From the NCBI GenBank assembly GCA_035500675.1, contig DATJXA010000032.1:1021-65020 (forward strand): a DNA stretch of 64,000 nucleotides, given 5' to 3'. Positions 1 to 10,600 of the stretch are shown here, one piece after another (the first letter of the stretch is position 1; each line of letters opens with the position of its first letter). The position numbers were made by a program, and so were the translations under genes. The notes under the pieces are model-generated. The model was not told the DNA's origin. It ran no database searches and worked only from the letters and a program-made list of their open reading frames with translations. The DNA comes from Bacteroidota bacterium (GTDB lineage Bacteria; Bacteroidota; Ignavibacteria; UBA10030; UBA8401).

Positions 1-2909
1 ATCGCTACGGTCGTCATCAGAATCGGCCGAAGCCGCGTCTCGCCCGCTTCGAGCAGAGCATCATACGTCGGCATGTTGCGCTCTTCCTTCATTTGATTCG
101 TGCGGTCGACAAGAAGGATCGCATTCTTCCCTACAAGCCCGACGAGCATGATGATGCCGAGCATCGAGAAGATGCTGAGGGCCTTCATCGTAAGCGCCAG
201 AGCCAGCAATGCGCCGATGATCGCAACGGGTATCGAGAATAATACTACGAATGGATAGACGTACGAATCATACAAAGCGACCATGATCAGATACGTAAAC
301 AAGATCGCGGCAAACAGAGCAATACCCATGCTGCCAAAACCCTCCGCCTGATTTTTTAAATCTCCCAAATAACTGATCTGGATGCCGGGAGGCACGACTC
401 CTTTTAACGCTTTCGTGATATCGGCGCCAATACTTCCGCTCGGGCGGCCGACTGCCTGCGAAAAGATGGTCACGGAAAAATTCCGGTCCTGTCTTTGCAG
501 TTTGGTCGGTCCCGTCGTCTGATAAATGTTGGCGAATTGTTTCAACTCCACCAACTCGCCCTTCCTGTTGAGAATGGTGATGCCGCCCACGTCCGCCGTT
601 TTGGATCTGTCGAATTTATCGAGGACGATGCGCATGTCGTACTCCGTCGTTCCCTCGCGAAACTTAGAATCGTCGTCGCCGTCCAACGCAACCCGCAGCG
701 TCGAGCCGACGTCGGCAAGCGTCAATCCGAACGCCGCCATTCGCTGGCGGTCGATCTCGACGCGCGTTTCCGGCTTCCCCTCTTCCGATGAAAGCCGTAC
801 ATCGGCCGTTCCCGGTACGGTCCGCACAACGTCTGCAATTTTTGACGCGGCAGCCCGGACATCGTCGTAGTTTGTCCCGCTGACGACGAGCTGGATCGGC
901 GTTTGGTTTGCCGTCCCGAATAAGCCGATCGGGTTCACGCGGACCTTGACACCGGGGATCTCCGCCGTCTTTGCTTTGATCTCCGCGGCGATATCGTCGG
1001 TCGAACGGGAGCGCTGGTCCTGCGGCACGAGCGTCACGTTCAATTCAGAATTGTTGTTCGACGTTTGCCCCAACAATCCTTCGCTCGATGCGCCGACGTT
1101 GACGAACATTTTTTTCACTTCAGGAATCTCGGAAACAATCTTTTCAACCTTCTGCGTCACAAAGTTCGTGTTGTCGAACGTCGAACCGGGCGGAAGCTCG
1201 AGCGTGACAGTGAACTCCCCGCGGTCTGCGACCGCGATGAATTCCGACCCGATAAAGCCGAGAGGAACGAGCGAGAGCGAAGCAAGGAATAACGCTACCG
1301 CGAGAAGAATGATCCTGGCTCGATGGTGCAAGCTCCATCGGAGAATTTTGCCGTACTCATCCGAGAGCTTCTTGAACATTCCTTCGAACCATACCGCGAA
1401 TTTACCTAAGATCGTCCTGTCGGTGAGCCGTTCGAGTTTCGCAAACCTCGAGGCGAGCAGGGGCGTAATCGTGAATGAGACAAAAAGCGACATGAGGGTC
1501 GAGAAAACGACCGTCAACGCGAATTCGCGCATGATGTTGCCGACAAGGCCGGACACCAGCGATAAGGGAAGGAACACCACAACGTCCACGAGCGTGATCG
1601 AGAGCGCCGCGAAGCCGATTTCGTTCCGTCCTTTGATAGCGGCGTTCCGTTTCTCTTCGCCATGCTCGAGATGGCGATAGATGTTCTCAAGGACGACGAT
1701 CGAATCGTCGACCAGAATGCCAACGACAAGCGACAGTCCGAGCAGGGTCATGAGGTTCAACGACATTCCGAAAACGTACATCCCGATGAACGTCGACACC
1801 ATCGACGCCGGTATTGCGATCATGACAATGATCGAGTTGCGGATGCTGTGGAGAAAACCGAGCATGACGAGCGCCACAAGAAAAATTGCCAGCGTCAAAT
1901 CGTGTTTTACGGCGTCCGCGGCGTCTTTTGTGAACGTTGAACCGTCCTGAGCAATGTCGAATTTCAAATTGACGTTTTTGTATTCCGCTTCTATCTTCGG
2001 CAGTTCGGCCCGGATCGATTCGCTCACCTCGACGGCGTTGGCATCGTTTTGTTTTTGGATCAGCAATCCGACCGACGTGATCCCGTTGATGCGGCTCAGC
2101 GTGGTAAAATCTTTTTCGCCGTCCTGCACTTCAGCCACGTCGGAGAGAGTGATGTCGCCCCCCTGCTTCGATTGTGCGATAACAAGGTTGCGCACATCGT
2201 CTACGGTGGCAAATTTTCCGGCGATGCGGACAATGTATTGAGTCTCGCCCTCTTCCACTTTACCGGTGGGGAAATCGAGATTCGAGGACTTCACTGCCTG
2301 CACGACCTGAAGAATCGACAAGCCGTACGACCGGAGTTTCTGCGCGTCGACATTGATCCTGATCTCACGCTGGTCTCCTCCGACGAGCGTGATCTGCGCA
2401 ACGCCAGGGACTTTCGACAAACGCGGTTGAATGCGGTCCTTGAGGAACTGGTAAAACTCGCGGCTCGGCATCGAGCTCGTCGCTCCCATGCGCATGACAG
2501 GAAGTTCGTCGAGCGCGAATTTTGTGACCGTCGGTGTCTTCGCTCCGTCGGGAAGGTTGTACGAGATCTCGTTCACTTTCCGTTGCGCATCCTGCAGCGC
2601 GACATTGACGTCGGCGGATTGCAGAAATTCGATATTGACGAAAGAGACTCCCTCGGACGATGTTGCATAGACCGCCGACACCTTATCGATGCCGGACACG
2701 GCGTCTTCGATGAGCTTTGTAACGGATGTCTGCACTTCGTTGGGCGATGCTCCAGGATAGATCGTCGTGATCGTCACGTAGGGGGAAGAGATCTTGGGAA
2801 GCAGCTCATATTTCAGCTGAGTGTAACAGTATAGGCCGAGAACGCCGAGCGCGGCGAAAATCACCACGATGAGCGAGGGGCGCTTGATGGACAGTTCAGT
2901 CAATGTCAT
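1..2909 (-). CDS. RND (HAE1/AcrB-CzcA family) multidrug efflux permease; C-terminus runs off the left edge of the window (partial)
   Basis: Reverse-complement translation from ATG (complement of 2907-2909) gives MTLTELSIKRPSLIVVIFAALGVLGLY…PGASPNEVQTSVT…, the typical AcrB N-terminus. It continues for more than 960 aa with the two large periplasmic loops and TM bundles (…LGLSLVVGILVDDSIVVLENI…). It is missing from the ORF track because no stop codon falls inside the window. The plus-strand ORFs at 495-2834 lie antisense within it. Confidence 0.93.
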   Translation of the reverse strand, partial: MTLTELSIKRPSLIVVIFAALGVLGLYCYTQLKYELLPKISSPYVTITTIYPGASPNEVQTSVTKLIEDAVSGIDKVSAVYATSSEGVSFVNIEFLQSADVNVALQDAQRKVNEISYNLPDGAKTPTVTKFALDELPVMRMGATSSMPSREFYQFLKDRIQPRLSKVPGVAQITLVGGDQREIRINVDAQKLRSYGLSILQVVQAVKSSNLDFPTGKVEEGETQYIVRIAGKFATVDDVRNLVIAQSKQGGDITLSDVAEVQDGEKDFTTLSRINGITSVGLLIQKQNDANAVEVSESIRAELPKIEAEYKNVNLKFDIAQDGSTFTKDAADAVKHDLTLAIFLVALVMLGFLHSIRNSIIVMIAIPASMVSTFIGMYVFGMSLNLMTLLGLSLVVGILVDDSIVVLENIYRHLEHGEEKRNAAIKGRNEIGFAALSITLVDVVVFLPLSLVSGLVGNIMREFALTVVFSTLMSLFVSFTITPLLASRFAKLERLTDRTILGKFAVWFEGMFKKLSDEYGKILRWSLHHRARIILLAVALFLASLSLVPLGFIGSEFIAVADRGEFTVTLELPPGSTFDNTNFVTQKVEKIVSEIPEVKKMFVNVGASSEGLLGQTSNNNSELNVTLVPQDQRSRSTDDIAAEIKAKTAEIPGVKVRVNPIGLFGTANQTPIQLVVSGTNYDDVRAAASKIADVVRTVPGTADVRLSSEEGKPETRVEIDRQRMAAFGLTLADVGSTLRVALDGDDDSKFREGTTEYDMRIVLDKFDRSKTADVGGITILNRKGELVELKQFANIYQTTGPTKLQRQDRNFSVTIFSQAVGRPSGSIGADITKALKGVVPPGIQISYLGDLKNQAEGFGSMGIALFAAILFTYLIMVALYDSYVYPFVVLFSIPVAIIGALLALALTMKALSIFSMLGIIMLVGLVGKNAILLVDRTNQMKEERNMPTYDALLEAGETRLRPILMTTVA

Positions 2910-2955
2910 GTTTCATCTTCTCCAAATAGATATGGCGGCATAGAACGCCGTCGTG

Positions 2956-4005
2956 TTATTTCACTACCGTGACAGCAACGTTATCCTTGAGATTGTTTTG
3001 ACCGCTCAACACCACTTGCTCACCCTCTTTCACCCCGGACAGGACTTCGAGATTTGTACCTACTTCAGCTCCAACAACCAGATCGCGTAGATGCGCAACG
3101 CCTTGATCCACCACAAACACTTGCGCGTTTTTCGTGCTGCCGAGAAGCGCTTCGCGGGGAATAGCAAGCACTTTGCCCGACGTTATAGAAATAAAAGAAA
3201 CGCGTCCAAACATCCCCGCCTTCAACGGATGAGTAGCATTATTCGCGAGTTTGATTTGAACCGGATATGTATGCGCTTCGTCCGCTTTATCGCTGATCGT
3301 TTCGATGGTTCCCCGGAACGTGATGCCCGGATAAACGTCGGTCGACACGTCGACAGGGTCGCCCACTTTCAATTTGAACGCGTCCTCTTCAGCGACATTG
3401 AGCTTCACTTTGAGCGTCGAGATATCGACAACATTCGCGATGACGTTATTCTTCTGCACCGTCGCTCCAACGCCCACCGGCCGCGACGTTACGATACCGG
3501 AAATCGGCGTCTTGATTTTTGCATCGTTGTATTGCCTCCGGGCGATGATGTACTGCGCTTCGGCAGATTGATAACCCAGTTTCGCGGTCTCGAGTTGGAT
3601 GTCTGAGACGGAGCCTTCTTTGAACATCTTTGTATACCGTTCGAGGTCCTTCTTCATTTTTTCATAGCTTACTTCCGCGGCGTCGTAATTTGCCTTCTTC
3701 ATTTCATCGTCTAACTGCACAAGCACCTCGCCGGCTTTGACATGGTCGCCGATCTCCACAAATACTTTTGTTACCCGTCCGTCCGTTTCGGAAAGAACGG
3801 CAACATCGTTATTCGCGGCGATCGTGCCGGTCAATGTAAAATCTTCCGAGAGTTGCTTTTTTTCCACGGTCGCGAGCGTGACGGGCAGAAACTTTGCAAT
3901 GTCGTTCTCCGATTTCGCTTGCATCTTCGATTTGTTGTTCAAGAGGACGGCAACGATCAGCGCCAGAACGATGATCGCGCCGGCGATAACTTTTGTCTTT
4001 TTCAT
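2956..4005 (-). CDS. RND efflux periplasmic adaptor (membrane fusion protein, HlyD/AcrA family)
   Basis: 349 aa with an N-terminal TM/signal segment, a coiled-coil hairpin and beta-barrel/lipoyl-like motifs (…PVTLATVEKKQLSEDFTLTGTI…). A GGAG-type RBS (aaagggagc) precedes the ATG. It lies between the tolC-like and RND genes. Confidence 0.9.
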   Translation of the reverse strand: MKKTKVIAGAIIVLALIVAVLLNNKSKMQAKSENDIAKFLPVTLATVEKKQLSEDFTLTGTIAANNDVAVLSETDGRVTKVFVEIGDHVKAGEVLVQLDDEMKKANYDAAEVSYEKMKKDLERYTKMFKEGSVSDIQLETAKLGYQSAEAQYIIARRQYNDAKIKTPISGIVTSRPVGVGATVQKNNVIANVVDISTLKVKLNVAEEDAFKLKVGDPVDVSTDVYPGITFRGTIETISDKADEAHTYPVQIKLANNATHPLKAGMFGRVSFISITSGKVLAIPREALLGSTKNAQVFVVDQGVAHLRDLVVGAEVGTNLEVLSGVKEGEQVVLSGQNNLKDNVAVTVVK

Positions 4006-4052
4006 ATTAAGCTCCCTTTAAGAGATAGATATAAATGGTCAAATCAAAATCG

Positions 4053-5378
4053 TTATTCACCGATCGCCCGTTCCAGCCCCGCTTCCGCAACCTCATAGTC
4101 GACGAGCGATTGAGTATAGTTCGTTTTGGCCTGCAGCAATGCGACCTCGGCGTCGAGCAGGTCCGTATTGAGCGCCAACCCTTGTTTAAATTTTGCATCG
4201 GTGACGCGGTAGTTTTCTTCCGCCTGGCTCACTTCTTTTTCGGCAACAATGATCCGCTCCTGCGCCCTGTGGAGGTTAAGGTAATTCCGCGTCACGTCCA
4301 ATGTCACGCCGTCCTTCAACTGCGCAAGGCCGTCTTCCGCTTGCGAGAGCTGCGCCTTCGCCTGGTCTGTCTGGTGAACCGTCGTTCCCCAATTCCAGAT
4401 GTCAAAGGAGACCCCTATCCCAACGTCCCACGTATCTTTAAAAACGTCCTCCGCCGGAAAAAATCTCTGGTTCGGGCGCGAGGAATAGTAATTCCCCGTA
4501 AAGTACACTTGCGGGAACCAATTCGACTGAGCGATCGCGACCGCGGCGTTTCCCGCTTTGACCTTATATTCCATCGATTTCAATTCTGGCCGCCGGTCCA
4601 TTGCTTGTTGAACAAGTGTAGTGAGGTCGCCAAAAGATTTTGGCTCATGTTTGATGTTGGTAACAGGGTCGACAGCTGTATCCAACGGAAGCCCCAGGAG
4701 ACTGTTAAAACTGATCTTTGCAAGTTGAACATTGTTCTTCATATCGATTTGGCGAAGCTCCGCATCTGAAAGCTGTACCTGGACTTTCAGCACGTCGTTT
4801 ACAGTGATCATCCCCTGACCTTGCCAGCTTTGGACGTCTTTAAGATGGGCTTCCATCTGTTCCACATTTTCATCGACAACTTTTTGGAGCTCGATGGCCT
4901 GAGTAAGGTTCCAGTACGCATTTTTGATATTGTAGATGAGATCGCTTTTATCTTTCTCAAAATCTTTTTGGGCTGAGCTCGCGTTATACTCTGCAATATC
5001 GGCGTTCCGCTGCAACTTGAAGCCGGTAAATATCGGCTGCTGCACTGTCACCTTGAGATTGTAATTGTTGACGACGGACGGAGAGAGTGTGATAGGGTCC
5101 GGAATAAGAGGATAGAGCGAAACCTGCGTCGGTGGAATATCGCTCAACCGTGCATACGCGCCGCTGAATTTTACGGACGGCAGCATCAATGCATTCGCCT
5201 CGCTCGATCTTGAATCTGCATACTGAACGCTCATGAGCGACGCATGGATCGATTTGCTTTTTTCCAGTCCGATTTGAATCGCCTGGTCAAGTGTAAGAGA
5301 CATTTTCTCTTCACCGCGAGCGGAGCCCGCAACCAAAAGCGATGTAATGACGAACAAGAATCTTATGCGGAACTTCAT
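4053..5378 (-). CDS. TolC-family outer-membrane efflux channel
   Basis: Signal peptide MKFRIRFLFVITSLLVAGSARG, followed by a repeated alpha-helical/beta-barrel TolC-like sequence with LTLDQAIQIGLEKSKSI… at the N-terminus. The ORF track starts at 5399 (MAEERVTMKF…), but the ATG at 5378 has a GGAGAGAG RBS and begins directly at the signal peptide. Confidence 0.85.
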   Translation of the reverse strand: MKFRIRFLFVITSLLVAGSARGEEKMSLTLDQAIQIGLEKSKSIHASLMSVQYADSRSSEANALMLPSVKFSGAYARLSDIPPTQVSLYPLIPDPITLSPSVVNNYNLKVTVQQPIFTGFKLQRNADIAEYNASSAQKDFEKDKSDLIYNIKNAYWNLTQAIELQKVVDENVEQMEAHLKDVQSWQGQGMITVNDVLKVQVQLSDAELRQIDMKNNVQLAKISFNSLLGLPLDTAVDPVTNIKHEPKSFGDLTTLVQQAMDRRPELKSMEYKVKAGNAAVAIAQSNWFPQVYFTGNYYSSRPNQRFFPAEDVFKDTWDVGIGVSFDIWNWGTTVHQTDQAKAQLSQAEDGLAQLKDGVTLDVTRNYLNLHRAQERIIVAEKEVSQAEENYRVTDAKFKQGLALNTDLLDAEVALLQAKTNYTQSLVDYEVAEAGLERAIGE

Positions 5379-5488
5379 TGTGACTCTCTCCTCAGCCATA
5401 GTATTGCGTGTACTTGTTTTTGTTCTGTGAGACGATTGTGACGGATAAATATTGTCGACCGATCGATGGCGTCATTTTTTGTAAACGA

Positions 5489-6160
5489 TCATGGGACTAG
5501 TTCATGAAAGCGGACTTTCGCGTCCTCGGTCATCATCGACTCGAGAATCATCGCGTTGGCTTTCCGAAAAGCAGCCTCGAGATCGATTCCCATGACGTCG
5601 TGCCAATATGTGTCTTCCCGGTCCATTTGGCGCATAAGGTGATTCGAACTTGCCCAGAGAATTACCGCTGCCTGTTTAGGGTCGATGTCGCGCTGTATCA
5701 CGCCTTCATCGATCCCTCGCTGGATAAGGTCGATCACAAGCTTCCAGACCTTCTGGTTTTCTCCGGAACACGATTGGAGCATCTCGGGAGATACTTGTTT
5801 ATGAAATTGAGGGTTCTCGAAAAAATAAAACATCCGAAAGTAATTGCGGTGCTCTTTGAAAAATTCGTAATATGCCTCACCCAGGTTTGCGATCGTCTTT
5901 AGAGTTGGGTGGTCTTTAGAAAGAACTTTTCCGAATATATCTGCAAGAACTTCGGTGCCTCGCAGCATCACGGCAAGGTATAAGTCTTCTTTGCTTTTGT
6001 AGTAGAGGTATAATGTTCCCTTGCTTAATTCTGCCGCCTCTGCGATTTCGTCCATTGTGGCAACTAATAGTCCTTTTTGAAAAAAGATCTTCTGGGCTGC
6101 ATCGATGATCTCTTCTCTTCTATGTTCTTTTTCGCGCTCTTTTCTCTCAGTAATTCCCAT
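5489..6160 (-). CDS. TetR/AcrR-family transcriptional repressor, the likely local regulator of the efflux operon
   Basis: N-terminal HTH IIDAAQKIFFQKGLLVATMDEIAEAAELSKGTLYLYYKSKEDLY is a classic TetR motif. It sits first in the minus-strand operon tetR-tolC-MFP-RND. The ORF track start at 6172 is a TTG; the ATG at 6160 has a GGAG upstream. Confidence 0.85.
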   Translation of the reverse strand: MGITERKEREKEHRREEIIDAAQKIFFQKGLLVATMDEIAEAAELSKGTLYLYYKSKEDLYLAVMLRGTEVLADIFGKVLSKDHPTLKTIANLGEAYYEFFKEHRNYFRMFYFFENPQFHKQVSPEMLQSCSGENQKVWKLVIDLIQRGIDEGVIQRDIDPKQAAVILWASSNHLMRQMDREDTYWHDVMGIDLEAAFRKANAMILESMMTEDAKVRFHELVP

Positions 6161-6201
6161 TATTGACTCCAATAAATTTAATAACTATAAGTCAGTAAAT
6201 T

Positions 6202-6213
6202 TATACTAGTATA
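6202..6213. promoter_or_regulatory. Perfect 12-bp palindrome TATACTAGTATA about 45 bp upstream of the tetR start; candidate TetR operator overlapping a -10-like box
   Basis: The palindrome is read directly from an AT-rich intergenic region (6161-6413). Its position relative to the tetR start fits autoregulated TetR operators. Confidence 0.35.
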
Positions 6214-6413
6214 CTCAAACTTGGCAATAAAGTCAAGCAAAAAATAAACTGGGTTTTATTTACTAACTCATGGTCAATAATAACGATCAAAAAACCGAAA
6301 TGTTTCAGTTTTTAGAGAAATTATTATAGAATGGGGGTAACAACTGAAGCCGGGAAGCGCTTACGATAGAACTGGGAGGGTTGGGGGATGAAGAAAATGC
6401 CGGTGACTGCAAC

Positions 6414-7685
6414 CTATTTGGGAACCGCGTCAACGTCAAATCGTACGGTCTTTTCCCATTTCCGCTGATCCTTGCTGACATAATCTGCATAGGCCGCTTT
6501 AATAACAATGTAGATCCAAAGCTGGCAATAAGAAAAATACATCAGGATAAGAAGTCCGATTCTTGGTAAGGTGTCTTCATTGTCATAGGAAATTGCCAGC
6601 ATGATCTCGAAGAGAAAAAGGAAAAACGCCATTATCCAGACGGTCGTATACGGACCCGGAAGAGAGATGCTGACAAGGCTCAGCCCGCTAAGAATAAAGA
6701 GAATGTCCGAAATGATGATCGCAGCAAAGAAAACATAATAGAGCGCTAAAGTGTAGAGGAGGTCGAACGCAAGACGTTTGTTTTTGAAGTTCGGGATGTG
6801 TCTCAAAAATTTTGAGACGACATAATTATTCCCGCGAACCCACCGCATGCGCTGTTTGATCCACACCTTCCATTCCTGGGGTTCCTGTTCGTATGTGATC
6901 GCGTAAGGAATATATTTGATCTTGTAGCCTGCTTCGTAAATGCGGATGCTCAGTTCTGAATCTTCCGTCAACGCTTCTTCATCCCACCCATTAAGCTGCT
7001 CAATGAGGGATCTCCAGATGACAAAATTCGTACCGGGAAGCGTAGCGATATTATGCATCTGCCAACGGCCCGCTTGAAGCATCGATTGGAAGCTCAACGT
7101 CTCGATGTTGATGAACCTCGTCAACAAATTGTGCGCTTTATTCACCGTTCTAAATTTTCCTATCACGGCGCCCAATTCTTTATGGAGCAACAATTGAGCG
7201 ACAAGGTAGCGGAGAGAATTTTCGTCGGGCGTATTGTCGGCGTCGAAGATCGCAATGACATCGGCTTTCACCTTTTTTACGCCGAGGTTCAAAGCCCGCG
7301 ATTTCCCCTTTCCACCCTCGCCTTTCGGCACGTCGAACAGCTGTACTCTTTTGTCCTGCTTGGCATATTTCCGGATGATCTCCTTTGTAGCGTCGGTCGA
7401 GCCGTCGTTGACAACAATGATGCGGAGTTTATTGCGCGGATAATTCAGCTTCAACATCGAGGCGATCGTGGCGCCGATAACTTTCTCTTCGTTGTGGGCA
7501 GGAATAAGTACCGCGCACGTGGGGAATTCAAAGCTCTCGCCGTCGACCTCGTTTTTTTCTTTCATCGACTTGACATAATTGATAAACCCGAACACGGTAA
7601 GGACAAACTGGTAGGCGATCATGAACCAGATAAGGATGACGGCGATGACGAACAAAAAACTGAGATCGACTTCGAGTACCGACAT
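6414..7685 (-). CDS. Membrane-embedded family-2 glycosyltransferase (PgaC/IcaA/BcsA-core-like processive polysaccharide synthase)
   Basis: 423 aa with two N-terminal TM helices (FLFVIAVILIWFMIAYQFVLTVFGFINYV). The GT2 catalytic core has a DxD (IFDADN), a TED motif and QRMRW (the QxxRW signature). Several C-terminal TM helices follow. Its start is 2 nt after the stop of the upstream 1317-aa gene. Confidence 0.85.
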   Translation of the reverse strand: MSVLEVDLSFLFVIAVILIWFMIAYQFVLTVFGFINYVKSMKEKNEVDGESFEFPTCAVLIPAHNEEKVIGATIASMLKLNYPRNKLRIIVVNDGSTDATKEIIRKYAKQDKRVQLFDVPKGEGGKGKSRALNLGVKKVKADVIAIFDADNTPDENSLRYLVAQLLLHKELGAVIGKFRTVNKAHNLLTRFINIETLSFQSMLQAGRWQMHNIATLPGTNFVIWRSLIEQLNGWDEEALTEDSELSIRIYEAGYKIKYIPYAITYEQEPQEWKVWIKQRMRWVRGNNYVVSKFLRHIPNFKNKRLAFDLLYTLALYYVFFAAIIISDILFILSGLSLVSISLPGPYTTVWIMAFFLFLFEIMLAISYDNEDTLPRIGLLILMYFSYCQLWIYIVIKAAYADYVSKDQRKWEKTVRFDVDAVPK

Positions 7686-7687
7686 AA

Positions 7688-10600
7688 TTAGGCAGCCTTT
7701 CTCGATGCATAATTGCGTTTGACGACTTTGAGCATGATGTACATCAAAAAGAGCGACGTCACCGCAAGGAAGCCAAAAATTACGATGGCGGTGGTTGACC
7801 AGAGGCTCGTCACATTAACGCCGAACGAAAACTGATCCCCGGCAGTGAGCTCGACGGCGTGCTGCCCAGGGGGTAAGAAAATGCTAAAGCAGTCGTTCCC
7901 CCTCATGACTGTGAACGGGTAGTCCTCTTGATCCACTGTAACCGAGGATGGGGCAACATTGAATGTGGCGATCGCGCGGGTGTCCGATTGGTATTCGAAG
8001 GTGATATCGCGCAGGCCGTGAGAAGACGAGAGTATGTTCCCCGTAAAGGACATGATCTTTGCCTGCAATTCATGGGTTGAAAACGTGTTTGCCGGCTTCC
8101 GGTCGAGCGTGATGTGGTGTTCTCCGGCCGGAATCATGTACGAATTCTCACCAAAGGGCGACAACGCGACGCCGTCGACATCGATTTCCGAAACTGTTTT
8201 CGGCATCCGGCATTCGACCGAGTACGGCGAGGTGAGCGTGTACCCGTCGTCCGTGTAGGTATAGTGGACACGCGCCGCGAGGGCGTTCGCAAAGAAGCTC
8301 ATATCCTGCGGGTTGACGCTCGACTCGGAATAGATCGTTACTCTCGGCGCGCCCAGCGCTGCGGCATTCACAAGATCGAAACTTTCTGTACCGGTTTGGA
8401 TCAGCGTCGGGAAAGGCGTGATGCTTTCCTTCTTCCGGAAACTGAGGATGTTGAGGTCGAGCGAAAGCTTGTCTTCGTCGCCGATCATGGACGCATATCG
8501 TTTTCCTATTTCAATGTACCTGCCGGGGTCGGTCGACCAGAGGTTTTCCGGGTCTTCAACCTGCAAAACAAAGCCGTATTTCTTCTGGAGTGCGATCACT
8601 TGCCCCATATCGACGCCAAGATATTCGCGTAACTCGGGCGATCCGTAACTGTCCATCGCAGTAACGATTGTCTGGAAGCCGGGCTTTCCGTGTGCAATAT
8701 CCGCGAAGGCCGTGAGAAATGTCTCATAAGCTTTCGTCAGTTGCTCCACCCGGTATTCGACGACTGCATTTTTTGCCGATGGATTGGTCTTCCAATAAAA
8801 AGGGGATTGCGGGTTGAAGATCGCTGCGAGGTCGAACCCGTATTTCTTCTTCACTTCTTTTTGGGCTGAGGGATGCATCGGAGCAAAGATGAGCGGATTG
8901 TCAAACCCTTTACCCGCTTCGAAGTAGAGTTCAGCAAGATTCACTCCGTCCCAATCGTATGCGTTGAGAATCTTCGTATACTCCTCGGTCATCGCCGCGA
9001 GACAGCTGTCGTCCTCCAACGCAACTGCGTACCTCCACATCGGAGGGATATCGTCGCCTTTATAGTTTTTCTCGCGCCACTGCGGATGTTCATCCCAGAA
9101 CTTTTTACTCACCTGGGGAGGCTCAAGCCATGCATAGACAAGCATGCCGTTCGCATGAGCAAGGGTAATGAGTCTCGTATAATCGTACGTATATTTGGGG
9201 AACTGATTCCATCCCGCGACGTGAACGACGCGGATCCCTTCCCTTGCCCACTGCTTGACGAGCGATTCGATGCTGTAGGTTTTGCGGAACCCCGGGTCGA
9301 AGTACATTTCAAGGTTCTCTCTCCGCACAATCGGCCTGAGGTGGAAATATTTCCTCACATACTCCAGCAAATACGGATACTGGCTGTAGCCGCCCTGAGA
9401 ATACGAATCGAAACGGGAATTGAAAAAAATGAGTTTGCCCTTCCCGACATTTTTTCCGATGACCATTGGAGTCTCCGTGACGTCATCCACACAGAATACC
9501 TCGTCGACGCCGTCGGTCTCGAATTTGCTCACGAGTTCGGGATAGCGCCAGACGATCCGCTCTTCCGGAAAATAACGGTCGCGTATCCTGCCGACACGGA
9601 CCCTCGTCTTGGTGAAACTGATGCCGAGCGCCTCCGCTAGGTCGTTCTTCGTGTCGGTGATAATATTTCCCCCATTTTGGACAAAGTCGCTGATGAGGTC
9701 GTAGTCGGTCTGCTTCAGCGAGTCGATGAATGCGTAGGGGGCGATGAGGAGGTTGTACCGCTTGAGGTCGATCGACTGCCCGACGAAAATCGTGTCGACC
9801 TGGATGTTGACGGAACGAAAGACGGATGCCAGCGACGATTCGTCGTGGAACGCTGCCCCTTTCACATGATGGTTCCAGAGGATCACGGGACGGATGTCGT
9901 TCCAGGCTTCGTCTTTCGCAAAAACATTGTCGTAAAATTTCTCTACGTTGTACGCCGTTTTTTCGAAAAAGGAGAGCGGGCGCTCGCGGAACTCGGTCGG
10001 CTCGGCTTTATAGACCTCGCCGGGCTCCAAGTCGATGTATTTGGTAAAAAGGCCTTTGATCCTGTGGTCCGAAACGGATTTACTTTTGATCTCCCCCGAG
10101 CGGTCAAAATAGGATTCGTAAAGATATTGGTCGTCGAGATGAAGGGTGTAACTCTGGCTCCCCGTAAGAATAATTCTGTCTTTCGTTTTGACCCAATTTT
10201 TCTGCTCGCCCAGATCGATGTATGTGTATCCGAGTTTTTGGATTCCGTCGACCAGTTGTTTAAGGAGGTCGAGGTCGAGAAACGGATGGAAGAAAACAGA
10301 GGCGAACCCGTCGCGGACATAGAGGTTCGTCTTTGCATTTTTGATGATGTTCCGGACGTACGCTTCGCTCTCGGCCTTGTTCGGGTTGAGCGGAACGTAC
10401 CCGAGGTTTTCCGGATAGATCTTTTGTCCGAAGAGGTCTTTATTGATGATATACGGAAAGTACTGGCTGTAATCGGCGTCTTCGATCGAGAGGCGCTGTT
10501 CCATCGCCGTGCTGAAATATTTTGAGATCGTGTTGTAGAACGTGAACGACGCGGTATAGTGGGGAGTCTCCCAGATAAGCGGCGAGAGGCCGTTCTTCAT

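Noticed and set aside
495-2834. Multiple plus-strand ORFs of 60-261 aa (495-791, 526-870, 946-1680, 2049-2834 and others)
   Set aside because: They lie antisense to a continuous, very high-confidence RND permease reading frame on the minus strand (1-2909). Their translations are low-complexity and Arg/Ser-rich, typical of antisense frames in GC-rich coding DNA.
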